Shown: positions 52,301 through 64,000 of the stretch, one piece after another
Layout of the letters: every line of letters begins with the position of its first letter
Numbering within the stretch: the first letter of the stretch is position 1
NCBI RefSeq assembly: GCF_006345805.1
Contig: NC_043004.1
Location: forward strand, 107,136,001-107,200,000
From: Octopus sinensis
Lineage: Eukaryota
DNA: 64,000 bases
Reading direction: 5' to 3'
Notes under the pieces: generated by a model
What the model was told of the DNA's origin: nothing
Databases searched by the model: none
Seen by the model: only the letters and a program-made list of their open reading frames with translations
Made by a program: the position numbers and the translations under genes

Positions 52301-54536
52301 ATAATAATAAGGATGATTTCATTTATTTGCCACAAGGGTGAAGGATGAGAGGGGCAATACAACGATACATAAAGTGTGTGGGTTTACATATAATGGAATG
52401 ATAAGCAAAAAATTAAAGAAGGAAAGTATACACAGTATACATTGAAAAAGAAGGAGTATATGCATAGCATACAAAGGTTTAAGAAAAAGTGGCAGGAAGG
52501 ATGACAGAGATGTGGCCCTCCTGATACAGGAAGGCCTCTAGGGATAATCAAGGAATCCCACCGTCTGAGATTTCTCTGAAACTCCAGGAGCAAGTGCCCT
52601 CTCCAACTCCTCCTCTCTGACTCACAGGTCTACACTCTTTCCATTATTGCAACTTTCACCCACATTTCAATAAACTCACTCAAGGACAGCACTTCCCTCT
52701 CCACTCTCGATTTCCTTTTCAAGTGAAACATGAAGAAGTCAATGAGAGCTCTATTACAGAGCAATGTATCTCTCTTCATGCCTTTCAGCCTTGTCCAATA
52801 AACAACCTCTTTCGCCACAGCCACCAGGCAAAGGAAAACTACCTTGCCTGTCCAACTGAAGTAGGGCAGCGGTACGATCATCACTACAGACTCAGCTGAC
52901 AGACAGATCCATCCCACACATAACAGCAGCTGCTTCACATAACCCCACAAGGCAGCAATGCCCAGATACTGAACAAGGGCATGCAGAATGGTTTCATCAC
53001 TCTGCGTACAACTCGGACAAGCCTATCTGATAGCACATCTGTACCTGTAGAGATTATCTCGAACAGGTAGAACTGCCAAGCCAAGGACATCTGGAAATTA
53101 TCCATGATAGTTCCCGATCAGAAAGTCCTCCAGAACAGGCTAGCCAGTTTGTTCTAATCAGCACCCAGTGTCTCTCCGAGAACCTTGTCGCACTTCCCGC
53201 AACTAATACTCTCTAAACTTCTAAAGCAGAACATCCACCAATCCCATTGCCCAACTGGTAGAGAGCTGTGAGCACCTGATGACATTCTAGGTGCCAGGCA
53301 ACCAGTCTTGGTCTCTTCTTCACTCAGGACAGCAGCTCCATCAAAGAGACAAGCTGCAAAAAGATGAGCCTAACAAAACGGAGCCCACACATGCTCACCA
53401 TCCAGAAATCGTTGCAGGTAGCATAACACAAGAGCATGTCTGTGCATTAGGAGCTACGGCATACCTAATCCGCCACTCAGAGGATGCTGGCAACAACCTG
53501 ACCGGCTGAGATGCTCCACCCTGGTCAAGCAGTAACCAAGACAAGGCACAACCGTCAGGTGCTAAATGATAATGGAGGCAATGTAAGCATGCACCACATC
53601 TGCCCAACCTTTCAGGGACAGCTTCCTTTCAGCCCATTTCTGGGTAAGACTGGTCACCCTGTGTGCCACTTCGTCCCAAGTTCTTATCAACCTGGAGGTC
53701 AGGACCAAACCAAGCCCTGAGCAGTTTCACTGGTTCATTGGTTCAGTGTCCAATGAAACACAAACCCACCAATTTGTTGGCGTTGATTTTAGCCCTTGCA
53801 ACTGTTTCATATTCCTTTAGGATGGTGCCAACCGTCTTCACTTCAGAGGCATCCGACACCATGATGGTGACGTCCACATATGCCGACACTGCCCTTCCTT
53901 GTACCAGTTTGAAAGGGATGCCTGTTAGCTGTTCCAACTTCTGCAGCAGTGGCTCAAGTGCCAATATGTACAGAAAAGGTGGCAGAGCACTCCTGAAGCC
54001 AACTTTAGTCCCAGCCCTCTCTATGATGCATCGCATAAGGTGGAGGTTGTCATGGATAGTCCTGCTTGAGATTGCACATGTTTGCACTTCTCTGACCAAG
54101 CTACAAATGACAAGCGCCAGCCTTTTCGCTAACACCTTGGTCAAAATCTTAAACTCTGTGTTTAGCAGAGTTATGGGCTGAAAATTCTCTGGTACATTCC
54201 CATTGTCAGCATCCTTCCTCAGCAGTGTCACCACACCTCTGCCACAGCACTAGGAATTCTTCTGTTCTGTTACCAGTTGCAGTAGATGTCTGCCAAGAAG
54301 TTGCCAAACAAATCTGGTTTTAATACAAAGAATTCATAGGGCAGACCATCCGAACCTGGCAATCTGCAGCCTGTGCAATCGCTCATCACCTACCAAATTT
54401 CAACAGCTGTTACCGGCCTTTCACATAACCTCGTATCAGCTGCCAAGAGTTGCAGCAAGCCACCCAGGTACAAATGAAAGTCCAGTACCGTTGTCAACCC
54501 ATCACCCTCTCCAAACAGCTGCGCAAAGTGCTGCTG
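52299..54536 (-). mobile_element. 5'-truncated, decayed Tx1-like (L1 clade) non-LTR retrotransposon ORF2 fragment
   Basis: Motifs PGSDGLPYEFF, FQPITLLNTEFKILTKVLAKRL, TIHDNLHLMR, LYILALEPLLQKL, SAYVDV (YADD relic), Zn-knuckle relic CPSCTQSDETILHALVQY and C-terminus FFMFHLKRKSRVEREVL. AATAAA at 52322-52327 is followed by a (TTA)n tail. The AFD and QGCPLSP regions of RT are largely missing, so the copy is inactive. Confidence 0.9.
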
Positions 54537-54774
54537 ATAATATGCACTGGGCCACAAATTTGGAGGAGTAAAGGCTTGTCGATTATATCAACTGCACCAC
54601 TTGACTGATACTTTATCTTATCAACCTCAAGGGTATGAAAGATGAAGCTAACCTCAACAAGATTTAAACTGAAATTGTAAAGGGCCAGAACAAATTCCCT
54701 ACTAACAATCCTGCTAATCATTCTGCCATTATTGTTGTTATTATTATTAAGGTGATAGATTGATATAAACGTTA

Positions 54775-54985
54775 CTCTGTGTGTGTGTTTGTGTTTGTCC
54801 CCCCAACATTGCTTGACAACTGATGCTGGTGTGTTTACATCCCTGTAACTTAGCGGTTCGACAAAAGAGACCGATAGAATAAGTACTAGGCTTACAACGA
54901 ATAAGTCCTGGAGTCAATTTGCTCGATCAACTAAAGGTGGTGCTCCAGCATGGCCACAGTCAAATGACTGAAACAAGTAAATGAG
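54775..54985 (+). mobile_element. Family A SINE tail-1 half
   Basis: (TG)n-tttgtccccccaacattgcttgacaac...gactgaaacaagtaa. Confidence 0.85.
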
Positions 54986-54999
54986 TAAATTACGCAAAA

Positions 55000-55829
55000 A
55001 CGAAAATAATACTGACATCTCATTTTAACAGATATATTTACCAAAATTACAGAAATAAATCTGGAAATACTAAAGAGTAAATTTATTCAACAAAGTCACC
55101 ATTGGCTTCAACCCCGGCCTCCAAATGACTTCGGAATCTAATGCAACTCTTCTGGACAGTCTCCTTGTTTAAGTTGGTGAATGCTACCATAATCCTTGCT
55201 TTCAGTTCATCTCTGGTGTTACAAGGAGTTTTGTTGGTCTCTCGCTCAACTTCACCCAACACATAATAATCAAGAGTGTTGCAGCCTGGGGAGTTAAAGG
55301 GCCAGATGTTAGGGGTGGTGTGGTCTCGGAAATTGTCTAACAGCCATGACTGGGTTCTCCTGCCTCTGTAGCATGGTGCAGAGTCCTGTTGCCAGATATA
55401 AGGTCTTCAAGCAGCCACCCTCTTGACCAGGGCAGCACTACCTCCTCCAGGCACCTGATGTAGGCCTCCGTGTTGAGTGTGAGGCAGTGTGGGAAGATGA
55501 ATGGAGGCATAACGTTGCCATCACTAGTGATGACTCCAAACACCATGATGTTGACTGGATGTTTGATTTTTATCCCTCTCAGTACAGGTCCTCAGATTGA
55601 CACCCAAACACTCTGAAATGTTTATATTGGAGTTTCTGGCATGAATGCCAAGCAGTACAGCATGTCATTTCCAAATTTCTGGCAAAGTGAATTGCATCAT
55701 GGGGCTGTTTTTCTCACAAAGGGTGCCCAACTGACCCTATTATACTGTGTAGTCAACAAAATCAAAAACAATGCACATGCGCAAAATTCAAAATATAAAA
55801 TAGCAACAATTTCTCCCTTGGACTCTGTA
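55000..55829 (-). mobile_element. Internally deleted Tc1/mariner-superfamily DD37D (maT-type) transposon relic
   Basis: Minus strand: N-terminal MQFTLPEIWK*HAVLLGIH, then MVFGVITSDGNVMPPFIFP and, after a frameshift, WQQDSAPCYRGRRTQSWLLDNFRDHTTPNIWPFNSPGCNTLDYY with 37 residues between the last two Asp. Ends at TA (55828-55829). Confidence 0.85.
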
Positions 55830-55879
55830 GATATAGACTTTGGCAATAAATCGTAGTCATGGCTGATGCTGCTGTCACA

Positions 55880-56055
55880 ATAATGGAACATAAACGATAC
55901 CCACTACACTCTTGGAGTGGTTGGCATTAGGAAGGGCATCCAGCTGTAGAAACCATGCCAAATCAGATTGGAACTTGGTGCAGCTCCCTGGTTTACAGTT
56001 TTCAATCAAACCATTGAATCCATGCCAGCATGAGAAACAGACGTTAGATGATGAT
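55880..56055 (+). mobile_element. Family C element
   Basis: gagtggttggcattaggaagggcatccagctgtagaaacc...gacgttagatgatgat. Confidence 0.8.
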
Positions 56056-56129
56056 TGTGAGTTTGTATGCACATGTGTGCTTTTTATGTTTGCACTTTGC
56101 CAAAAATCCCTTTTCTAGAAGCAGGGATG

Positions 56130-56352
56130 TTATCATTTCTCTTGTAAACAAATCCTCTGGTGGCTTTTGTGCCTCCAAAGATGTGTGGAAGGAGAAATAC
56201 CACACCCAAGACTTGACTTTATAATTATCATCAAGGCAACAGAGCATAACACTGGCAATCTGAGAGGCAAGGCAGCCATCCTCATTTATAAACGAAAGCC
56301 ATCAATTAACAATAGACGAGGGCTACATAAAGTTGATTGGTTATTATGACAA
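56130..56352 (+). mobile_element. Probable Penelope-like element GIY-YIG endonuclease C-terminal relic
   Basis: LDFIIIIKATEHNTGNLRGKAAILIYKRKPSINNRRGL fits the F.II......L.IKEAILI...KPSIN.R.G pattern of PLE GIY-YIG C-termini. Confidence 0.5.
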
Positions 56353-56619
56353 TAGCTGTACACCTGTCACAACCTCTTCACACATATGTGAGCAAAAGAT
56401 ACCAGCTTGACATCATCATTTACTCTTGACAAAGAGCTATTAACCCTGAAATATTGAAATACAAGATAAAAGTGTAAACTATTGTTCTCTATTCTTTACG
56501 CCTGTTTCCACTCCTTCGTTTCAATTTGCATTGCACAGGCTTTAAAACGAGTTTAAATTTAAATACCACACAATGCTTCACTTAAACCATGCTATGCTAA
56601 TATGCTTTTGAGTGAAGGT

Positions 56620-56940
56620 GGGAGGTGCAAGAGGGGGAAGAGGGGAGAGGGGGAGAGAAAGGAGAGAGAGAGAAGGGAGAGGGGAACAGAGGGAGATGGA
56701 AGGTGAGATGGAGGGGAGAGAGGAATGAAGAGGGGAGAGAGGAATGATGAAGGGAGAGGGAGGAGAACTAGGGGGAGAGGGAGGGGCATGAAGGGGAGAG
56801 GGAAGGGAATGATGGGGAGAGGGAGGGGAATGAAGGGGAAAGGGATGGGAATGAAGAAGGGGAGAGGGTGGAGAAGAGGAAGGAGAACAGGGAGAACAGG
56901 AAGAAGAGGAGAGAGGGGGAGAGACAGACAGACAGATAGA
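56620..56940. repeat. ~320-bp polypurine (GA-rich) low-complexity tract
   Basis: Degenerate ggggagagggaggggaatgaa-like units; very few pyrimidines. Confidence 0.9.
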
Positions 56941-57109
56941 TAGACTGATAAGTTAAAATATGGTTTATGTAGTATGAAAGTCCAAGCTAAATATAAATCT
57001 GATATAAAAACTAATGAGATAACTTTATTTTGTTTTTACTCCTTATTGAATGAAATAGTCAATAACAAACAGGAGCAGATTCAATGAAAAGACCTCATAA
57101 AATTGCAAC

Positions 57110-57372
57110 AGGCAGAAACTGAAAGAAGCCTGCCATGGGTATTTATGAATGTATGAATGTAAACAGATATCTGCATCTGTGTTATGTTTGTCTCTCACCA
57201 ACACCTGGCAACTGCTGTCGGATTGTTTATGTCCCCATAACTTAGCAGTTGGGCTTAAGAGATTGATAAAATAAGTCCCAGACAAAAAAGGACTGGAGTC
57301 AATCTTATTGACTAAAACTCTTCAGAGTGGTATACCAGCATGGCCATAGTCTGGTGACTGAATTAAGTTAAA
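57110..57372 (+). mobile_element. Family A SINE, 5'-truncated and diverged
   Basis: gaaactgaaagaagcc...cccagcatggccatagtctggtgactgaa. Confidence 0.7.
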
Positions 57373-57409
57373 GATTTACAAAAAGTGGAAAAAAGGCAGG
57401 GGTGTGGGT

Positions 57410-57570
57410 TATCTATATGTATAAAGCGGAGTTTGTGTGTGTGTGGGAGAGAGAGAGTTTGTCTGTGCATGTATGATCCTTATGCATTCAAAAACTTAGT
57501 TGCCAATTTTGACATTTGGGGTATCAAAAGATTCAGAAATCTTTCGGCTACTAAATAAACTTTATTTTCA
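57410..57570 (+). mobile_element. Possible Helitron-type non-autonomous 5' end
   Basis: tctatatgtataaag followed by (TG)/(gtct) repeats and ggggtatcaaaagattc, a layout seen in animal non-autonomous Helitron families. Confidence 0.3.
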
Positions 57571-58171
57571 TTTATATATTTGCATTACAAAAATTTTAAC
57601 ATTACATTCAGTTAGTCAAAAATAAACCTCACATTCTAGGCACAATATATTTTAAAGGAGAAATCTTATGATGAAAGTGCAAATAAATTTGAATCTAATC
57701 AAAAGAGGTAATCATTGGCAGCTGCTGCTGTAGTGGTGGTGGGTGGTGGTGGTAGTGATGGTTTATTTATCTATATGTTGTATCATTCAAGAGTCTAAAT
57801 TCTTACCGACTATGTAATTACTTCAAAGATCTATGAATATGGCTGCCTGAGCCATTTTAATTGATTTGTCTCTTGAGAGTTCTGCATTGCCTTAACATGA
57901 AAACTCTTGATGTATGGTTTCTAAAGTTTCCGAAATAGAAAAATATATAAAAGCTTGCATAAATTATAATTATTTGCAACCAAAGATTGGTACTGGAACA
58001 TGAAGAGTAAATTCTAAGTGAACTGAGTTAGCATTCCAGTTTCAATTCTAATTTGAAACATTATATATATATATATATATTTTATATATATATTATATTG
58101 TGTGGAATTTGATTTAGTATTTCTAAATTGAATTCTTTTTCCTTGTAAGTTTGGATTTTATTCCCTCAAAT

Positions 58172-58230
<59 letters not shown>

Positions 58231-58281
58231 TACATATATACATACATAGTGCTATTTATTTGGGAAAACATATATAGATAA

Positions 58282-58575
58282 AAGGCACATGGCTCAATGG
58301 TTAAAACATCAAGTTCACAATCATGAGTAAGTTCAATTCCTGGACTGAGTTGTGTTCTTGAGCAAGACATTTCATCTCACATTGCTCCAGTTCACTCAGC
58401 TGTAGAAATGAGTTGCAACATCACTGGTGCAACGCTGTATCAGTCTTTGCCTTTCCCTAGGATAATATCAGTAGCATGGAGAGGGTAGGCTGGTATGCCT
58501 GGGCAAATGCTGGTCTTCCATAAACAACTTTGCCCGGACTTGTGTCTTGGAGGGGAACTTTCTAGGTGCAATCCT
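58282..58575 (+). mobile_element. Family E SINE
   Basis: Shares gttgctccagttcactcagctgtagaaatgagttg...ttctaggtgcaatcc with 6243-6575. Confidence 0.85.
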
Positions 58576-60361
58576 CTTTCACTCCCAAGAATACAATCCA
58601 AACTGAGCAAGACCATCAATAATATATTGATACCAATATATTTTGAGAGAGAGAGCATCATGAATTTCAAGTTCACACCTCTGCTGCCAACATGTAATAA
58701 AAGGTTCAGCGAAAGGAATGGCACTTCAACAAACCAAAAGACTGCCCAAAAAGAGACCTGATTCTATAGGTCAACATAAAAGTTATGACAATGCACCTGG
58801 TGACTGCAATTCACCTCACAAGTTCTTGTAAATTAATAACACAAAATTCAGATTGCAACTCAGTGGTGTGTGAGATCTTCAGAGTTAAATTGATTACATG
58901 ATTTACATTTAAAATATAGTTCTGTAAGTAGACATGTGCCTGAAGAGGGAGTGGTTGAATTCTCGTTCACTTTTTTTTTTTTAACTATGTCATGGCACTT
59001 TCCATTATTATAACAACTTAATATAGCTGTGGCAAGTTTTGAATATTTATTACCAGATAATCAGTTATCTAGCACCTTAACCACAAGATTATTGCAGCTT
59101 AAACAATGAGGAATAATAGATATTGTGTGGTATGGGATGTTACATCAAAAGTAAATAACAGAAGTATATACACAGACCATTCATGAAAACTGTAAGAAAG
59201 ATTTCACGTTGTCCATGTAAGATATAAAATATTAAATTAAATAATGATGTTTATACACAGTCAGTTTTACATTTAGTGACCTCAATGGGCACTGACCAGA
59301 GCTGTGGTCATAAAAGTATGAAGTGGAATTCCTCTGAACCAGATCGTATCTCGTTCAGAACTAGGTCTGTACAGTAATTGTAATTAGCTCACATTAGAGA
59401 ATTGAAAATAGTGAGAAGAACAACAAAATAATAACAAGTTGAAAAGCAGACATGAAATAGTTGGCAAATAAACTGGATTCACAAAGCAGTTAATCTTATT
59501 TAATCTCATCAATTATTCCACCATTTGCAATAATGCAGTAAAGAGAGAATGGCAAATAGTTGCTTGCCTCTCTTTGCAGAGCTCAGAAATGATACAAAAT
59601 AGAAATAACACCATTCACTCTCGCATTCTAACTACCATTTGTCATAGAACCAATGCAAAAAGTATTGGTCACCTAAAACTACAAATGACCAACTCAGGGT
59701 AGAAGTGTCTCTGAATCCAGTAGGACAAGCTCTCTATAGCTTGCTTCTCAATAAAACACCACTACCCTCTTTTTGTTCTAACATGTCAACTAGTTTAACA
59801 TCACCACCTGGCTGCTTTTGGCAAAAACTCTGTTGCAGGTACTCAGATCATTTTTCTTGCACTTATTGACCCTGCGGCTGTCCAAGCAGGGTATCAGCTG
59901 CATAGCATCAATCTCACCTATGGTCAAGGGCATTCTCAGGACAATTGCAAGGACCATGAGCACTAACACTGCTCACTCACTAATAAGTTTTTAAAAGCTG
60001 GCAAGACATAGTGAGTAGGTACCATATTAGTGAGAGCAATATTACTAAATAAAACAGAATAGACCCAAATTCTTACGGAGAGATGAGAATTTTCCAAAGG
60101 ATTTACTTTTAGCTCTTAAAAGTTAAGTACATCACTTGGATAGTTTATACTTGTTGGTTAACCCCAAACTAGTCCTTATTGATTGCACAAACTTACAATC
60201 AAGAGCAAACTAGCCATGACCAATCCAATTATTTGTATACAATGGCCTATGTTATCCAAGTCCCTTCCTTTTTAAGAGTTAACTGCTATTTCTAGCAGAT
60301 CAAATGCCCACATAGAGGCTCCCCCTTTGACTCATAAATTTACATTTAGAAGTCGATGGTA

Positions 60362-60530
60362 TCATCATCCGTTAGCACTCATAAGATGGTTTGACTGGAG
60401 CTCGTAAGCCAGAGAGCTGCACCAGGCTCCAGTCTGTTTTGGCTTCGTTTCTACAGCTGGATGCCCTTCCTAATGCCAACCACTCCAAAGAATGTATGGG
60501 ATGTTTTTTTTTTTTTATGTGTCACCAGTA
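60362..60530 (-). mobile_element. Family C element
   Basis: ctacagctggatgcccttcctaatgccaaccactcc. Confidence 0.75.
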
Positions 60531-61582
60531 TGGGTGCCTTTTAATTAAATGTCATGGTAATGGTAGATGTTGTGGTTGATGATAGGGCTATGATCAAAGA
60601 TGTTCCAGCCGCGACAATTCCAGTCTGTTTCATTTTGTTTGGTTTTTCTTTTTCCTTCTACTTCTAAAGCGAAGAGCATCTGGACTACACCATCAAATGT
60701 ATCCCTCTGTTTTTAAGGAGGGCTGTGTGTTATTCAAAGGATATGTAGTTGTTATTTCTTGCAGGTTGAGTGTGCAACCCCACTATGGTTCCTTTATTGG
60801 TTTGTGAATATATGGATAATATATTGATAATCACAATGGAGCAATTGTTGATGATGGTGAAAGTCTAGATATCATCTGTGAACGGATGATAACAATGATG
60901 ATGAAACCAACACAGTTCTTTTTATCAGTCAATTCATAACTCTCTGACCCTGAACTAAAACATATGACTAGGGAGGGAGGTAATACAATTTCCTCTCCCC
61001 ACCATTCTTCAATATCACAACAATTTGCCTCTAATAATAAAGCTTTTTTCACATTCAGACAATTATTGTTAGAAATATACACAGCAGCTCCTCAAGCTAA
61101 GATCACAGGTAAGCACACTCCAGAATCACTGACAATCTAGCTTCAGGTGCACCAACACCTATTAGAAACAAAGCTAAGTTTCCAACAAATGGAATCCTTT
61201 ACCTAATCATCAGAATGGCTTCTACTTACTGTAAAGGATTAAAGTGCCTCCAAAGCTTGAAGTGGCTTTTAATTGTTTATGCTCAACTCGGCTTTTGTTG
61301 GGAGCCTATATGACTACTCCACATTTACAAAACACAAAAAACAACAAAACAAATAATTTATCTATGACTTTCTATTCTCAAGACATTAAACCTTTTTGAT
61401 ATCAACATGCTTGAAACTGTTATTGGTTTTATGATACAAACTACTTGTTTGAAAGTGAAACAAACAAGATCTCTATAATGGACTCTGTAGCAACGAGAGC
61501 ACTTTGACAAACTAAACAAATTAGTTAGTTGGTTATTTAACCAATTGACTAATAATAAAGAAAAGGAGTGGAATTGATCAAA

Positions 61583-62007
61583 TCAAAATCGAAATCGATC
61601 AACATCAATGGAATTTGTAGTTGTGGTACCAGTGCTGGTGGCACATAAGAGAACCATCCGAACGTCGCCATAGCCAGCACCGCATCGACTGGCCTCCGTG
61701 CCGGTGGCACATAACAAACACCATCCAATCGTGGCCGTTGCCAGCCTTGCCTGGCCTCCGTGCCGGTGGCACGTAAAAAGCACCATCCAAGCGTGGCCGT
61801 TTGCCAGCCTCATCTGGCACCTATGTTGGTGGCACGTAAAAAGCACCCACTACACTCACGGAGTGGTTGGCATTAGGAAGGGCATCCAGCTGTAGAAACA
61901 CTGCCAGATCTGACTGGCCTGGTGCAGCCTTCGGGCTTCCCAGACCCCAGTTGAACTGTCCAACCCATGCTAGCATGGAAAGCGGACGTTAAACAATGAT
62001 GATGATG
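61583..62007 (+). mobile_element. Family C RTE-related non-autonomous element with four tandem ~62-bp 5' modules
   Basis: Four ggtggcac[a/g]taa anchors, then gtggttggcattaggaagggcatccagctgtagaaac...ccaacccatgctagcatggaaagcggacgttaaac(gat)n. Confidence 0.85.
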
Positions 62008-62074
62008 TGTGTTAATAACAAAATAAACGAAAATCTCCCATCAAAATATGTTAATTTATGTTCCAAATACTCCC

Positions 62075-62300
62075 TGAACCCCTTAGCATTCAGATTATTC
62101 AGTCAAATGTAATGCTTATTTATTCACATTGCTTTGAATCTATAGGGAATAATCTTGTAGTTTTGAGATTTCAATATGATTGTTTATTTTTAGAATGACA
62201 ATGTAGGATAGATGTAAGAGGTTAGACCTGGCCAGTTTGAACAAAAAAAAAAACAGAATTTTTGAGCTGGATGTGGCCAGTTTGAATGCTAAAGGGTTAA
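62075..62300. mobile_element. piggyBac-type MITE, same family
   Basis: tgaaccccttagcattcaga...gaatgctaaagggTTAA. Confidence 0.75.
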
Positions 62301-62355
62301 TAATGATAGTTATTGTTTTCCGTTATTTTCAAAATTTAACTAAAATAAAGCTTAA

Positions 62356-62725
62356 AAAAAAAAGCACCATTCGAGTGTGATCATTACCAGCGTCACCTTA
62401 CTGGCACTTGTGCCGGTGGCATGTGAACAAAACATTCAAGCAAGGTCGTTGCCAGTACCGCTGGACTGGCTCCTGTGCAGGTGGCACATAAAAAACACCA
62501 TTTGAACTTGGCCGTTGCCAGTACCGCCTGGCTGGCCCTTGTGCCTGTGGAATGTAAAAGCACCCACTACACTCTCGTAGTTGTTGGCGTTAGGAAGGGC
62601 AGCCAGCTGTAGAAACTCTGCCAGATCAGATTGGAGTCTGGTGCAGCCATCTCCACCAGTCCTCAGTCAAATTGCCCAACCCATGCTAGCATGGAAAGCA
62701 GACGTTAAACGATGATGATGAAGAA
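62356..62725 (+). mobile_element. Family C RTE-related element with three or more tandem 5' modules
   Basis: Same layout as 61583-62007. Confidence 0.85.
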
Positions 62726-63559
62726 GAAGAAAGCTAGTGTACATCAATAGAATTACAATTCAAATCTGAGGAAGATTTGGCTGGTATTTCTAGAGGGTTA
62801 AGTGGTTTAATTTGAGAGTTGTGGGGTTAAGTCTAGTGCTTAGCTACAGATTCTTAGGACACAAATCAATTGCAGATAATATTACCAGATGATCTCATTC
62901 TTATTTCTGATAATTAAGTGGACTGAGATAATAGAGAATATAACGTTCCACTCAGTACATTTAAACCTGTAACCAATGAGCTGGGAGTTCAATATCTCAT
63001 CCACACAATTTCTGTTTTTATATCAAACATAAGCAACTGACAAAGATACAAACATATTGCCAAGTTACTTGGTGACCTCACTAGTGCCTGTGTCATGAAA
63101 AAAAGCACCCAGCACACTCTGTAATGTGGTTGGTATTAGAAAGGGCATCTAGCCATAGAAACCAAGGTAAAGCCCACACTGGAGCTTAATGAAATACTGC
63201 AGCTCATAAATACCCTGTTAAAATGTCCAACCTATACCTGCAAGTAAAGCATGTATGATGATGATGATATATTTAGTCTTTCTGCTTCAGTAATTTTGAC
63301 ATTTTATAATTAATCAGTTAGATATTCAGGATGTCCCTCGTTCTTGTCCCTCCCTCTGAGAGTTAGTTTCATTTACCAGTTAGAAATATCAGTTATTTTT
63401 GATTAATGTCATTAAAAGGATATAAACATCACATTCTCTCATTGTTCCATCTGTATAAATCTACTTAAGTTAAGAAAAAAAATCATAACAGTTTTAAAGG
63501 TGAACATAATCTATGTGTTGCAAACCGCATGGAAAGTGGAAACAGAAGTTAGCATAGAG

Positions 63560-63966
63560 ATCATCATCATTGTTTTAATGTCCCTTTTTCCATACTCACA
63601 TGATTGGAAAGAACTTGTTCAGACAAATTTCTTACAGCTGGATGCCTTTTCTGTCACCAACCTCTACCAGTTTCGTCATAACCAGACCTGTTTTCACAGA
63701 AGGCTGAAAATGCAGGACACTACTTGTATGACAGTGACACTCATTTACAACTATTATACAATGATAAATTAAGGAGACAATAAAACACACACACACACAC
63801 ACACGTATATGGCAATCTTCTTTCCGTTTCCATCCACCAAATCCACTCACAAGGGCTCTGGTCAGCCTAAGGTATAGCAGGAGACACTTGCCCACAGAAC
63901 CACATAGTGGGACTGAACCTGAAACCATATGGTTGGCAAGCAATCTTCTTACCACACAACCACACC
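63560..63966 (-). mobile_element. Family A head + RTE-related tail composite SINE, full length
   Basis: Same module order on the minus strand. Confidence 0.8.
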
Positions 63967-64000
63967 GGTGCCAGTTCGTCAATAAAGACATCAGCTGAAG

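Noticed and set aside
53663-54181. 172-aa plus-strand ORF
   Set aside because: Antisense shadow of the Tx1-like RT fragment.
61720-61800. HDV-like ribozyme (GCC-loop-GGC and CCAGCC...CCTGG resemble HDV P3/L3, followed by GG)
   Set aside because: I could not build a canonical adjacent P1, P4 and J4/2 (C..A) by hand; kept only as a structured module.

Overview
AT-rich, microsatellite- and SINE-dense eukaryotic DNA. The repeat families look like those of an octopus (coleoid cephalopod) genome; this is inferred from recognising the repeats, not from a search. The only host coding sequence I can support is one 82-bp minus-strand exon (18694-18775) encoding [27 protein letters not shown], which matches the second coding exon of Rho-associated kinase (ROCK). 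I found neither flanking ROCK exon, so the rest of the window is probably intron (intron 1 >45 kb to the right, intron 2 >18 kb to the left). The introns are filled with several tRNA-headed and RTE-related SINE families, decayed RTE, Tx1/L1, R4/Dong-like and Penelope-like retroelement fragments, a DD37D (maT) mariner relic, and hAT-, piggyBac-, pogo- and Helentron-type non-autonomous elements. Most unusual: (1) a tRNA-headed SINE whose 3' part is a minimal type-I hammerhead ribozyme, present as a zero-spacer head-to-head palindrome (41821-42328); (2) a 74 x 25-bp satellite with higher-order structure that arose inside one SINE copy (28741-30590); (3) a non-coding element that appears to insert specifically into (AAT)n microsatellites. 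SINE boundaries are approximate by-eye calls.
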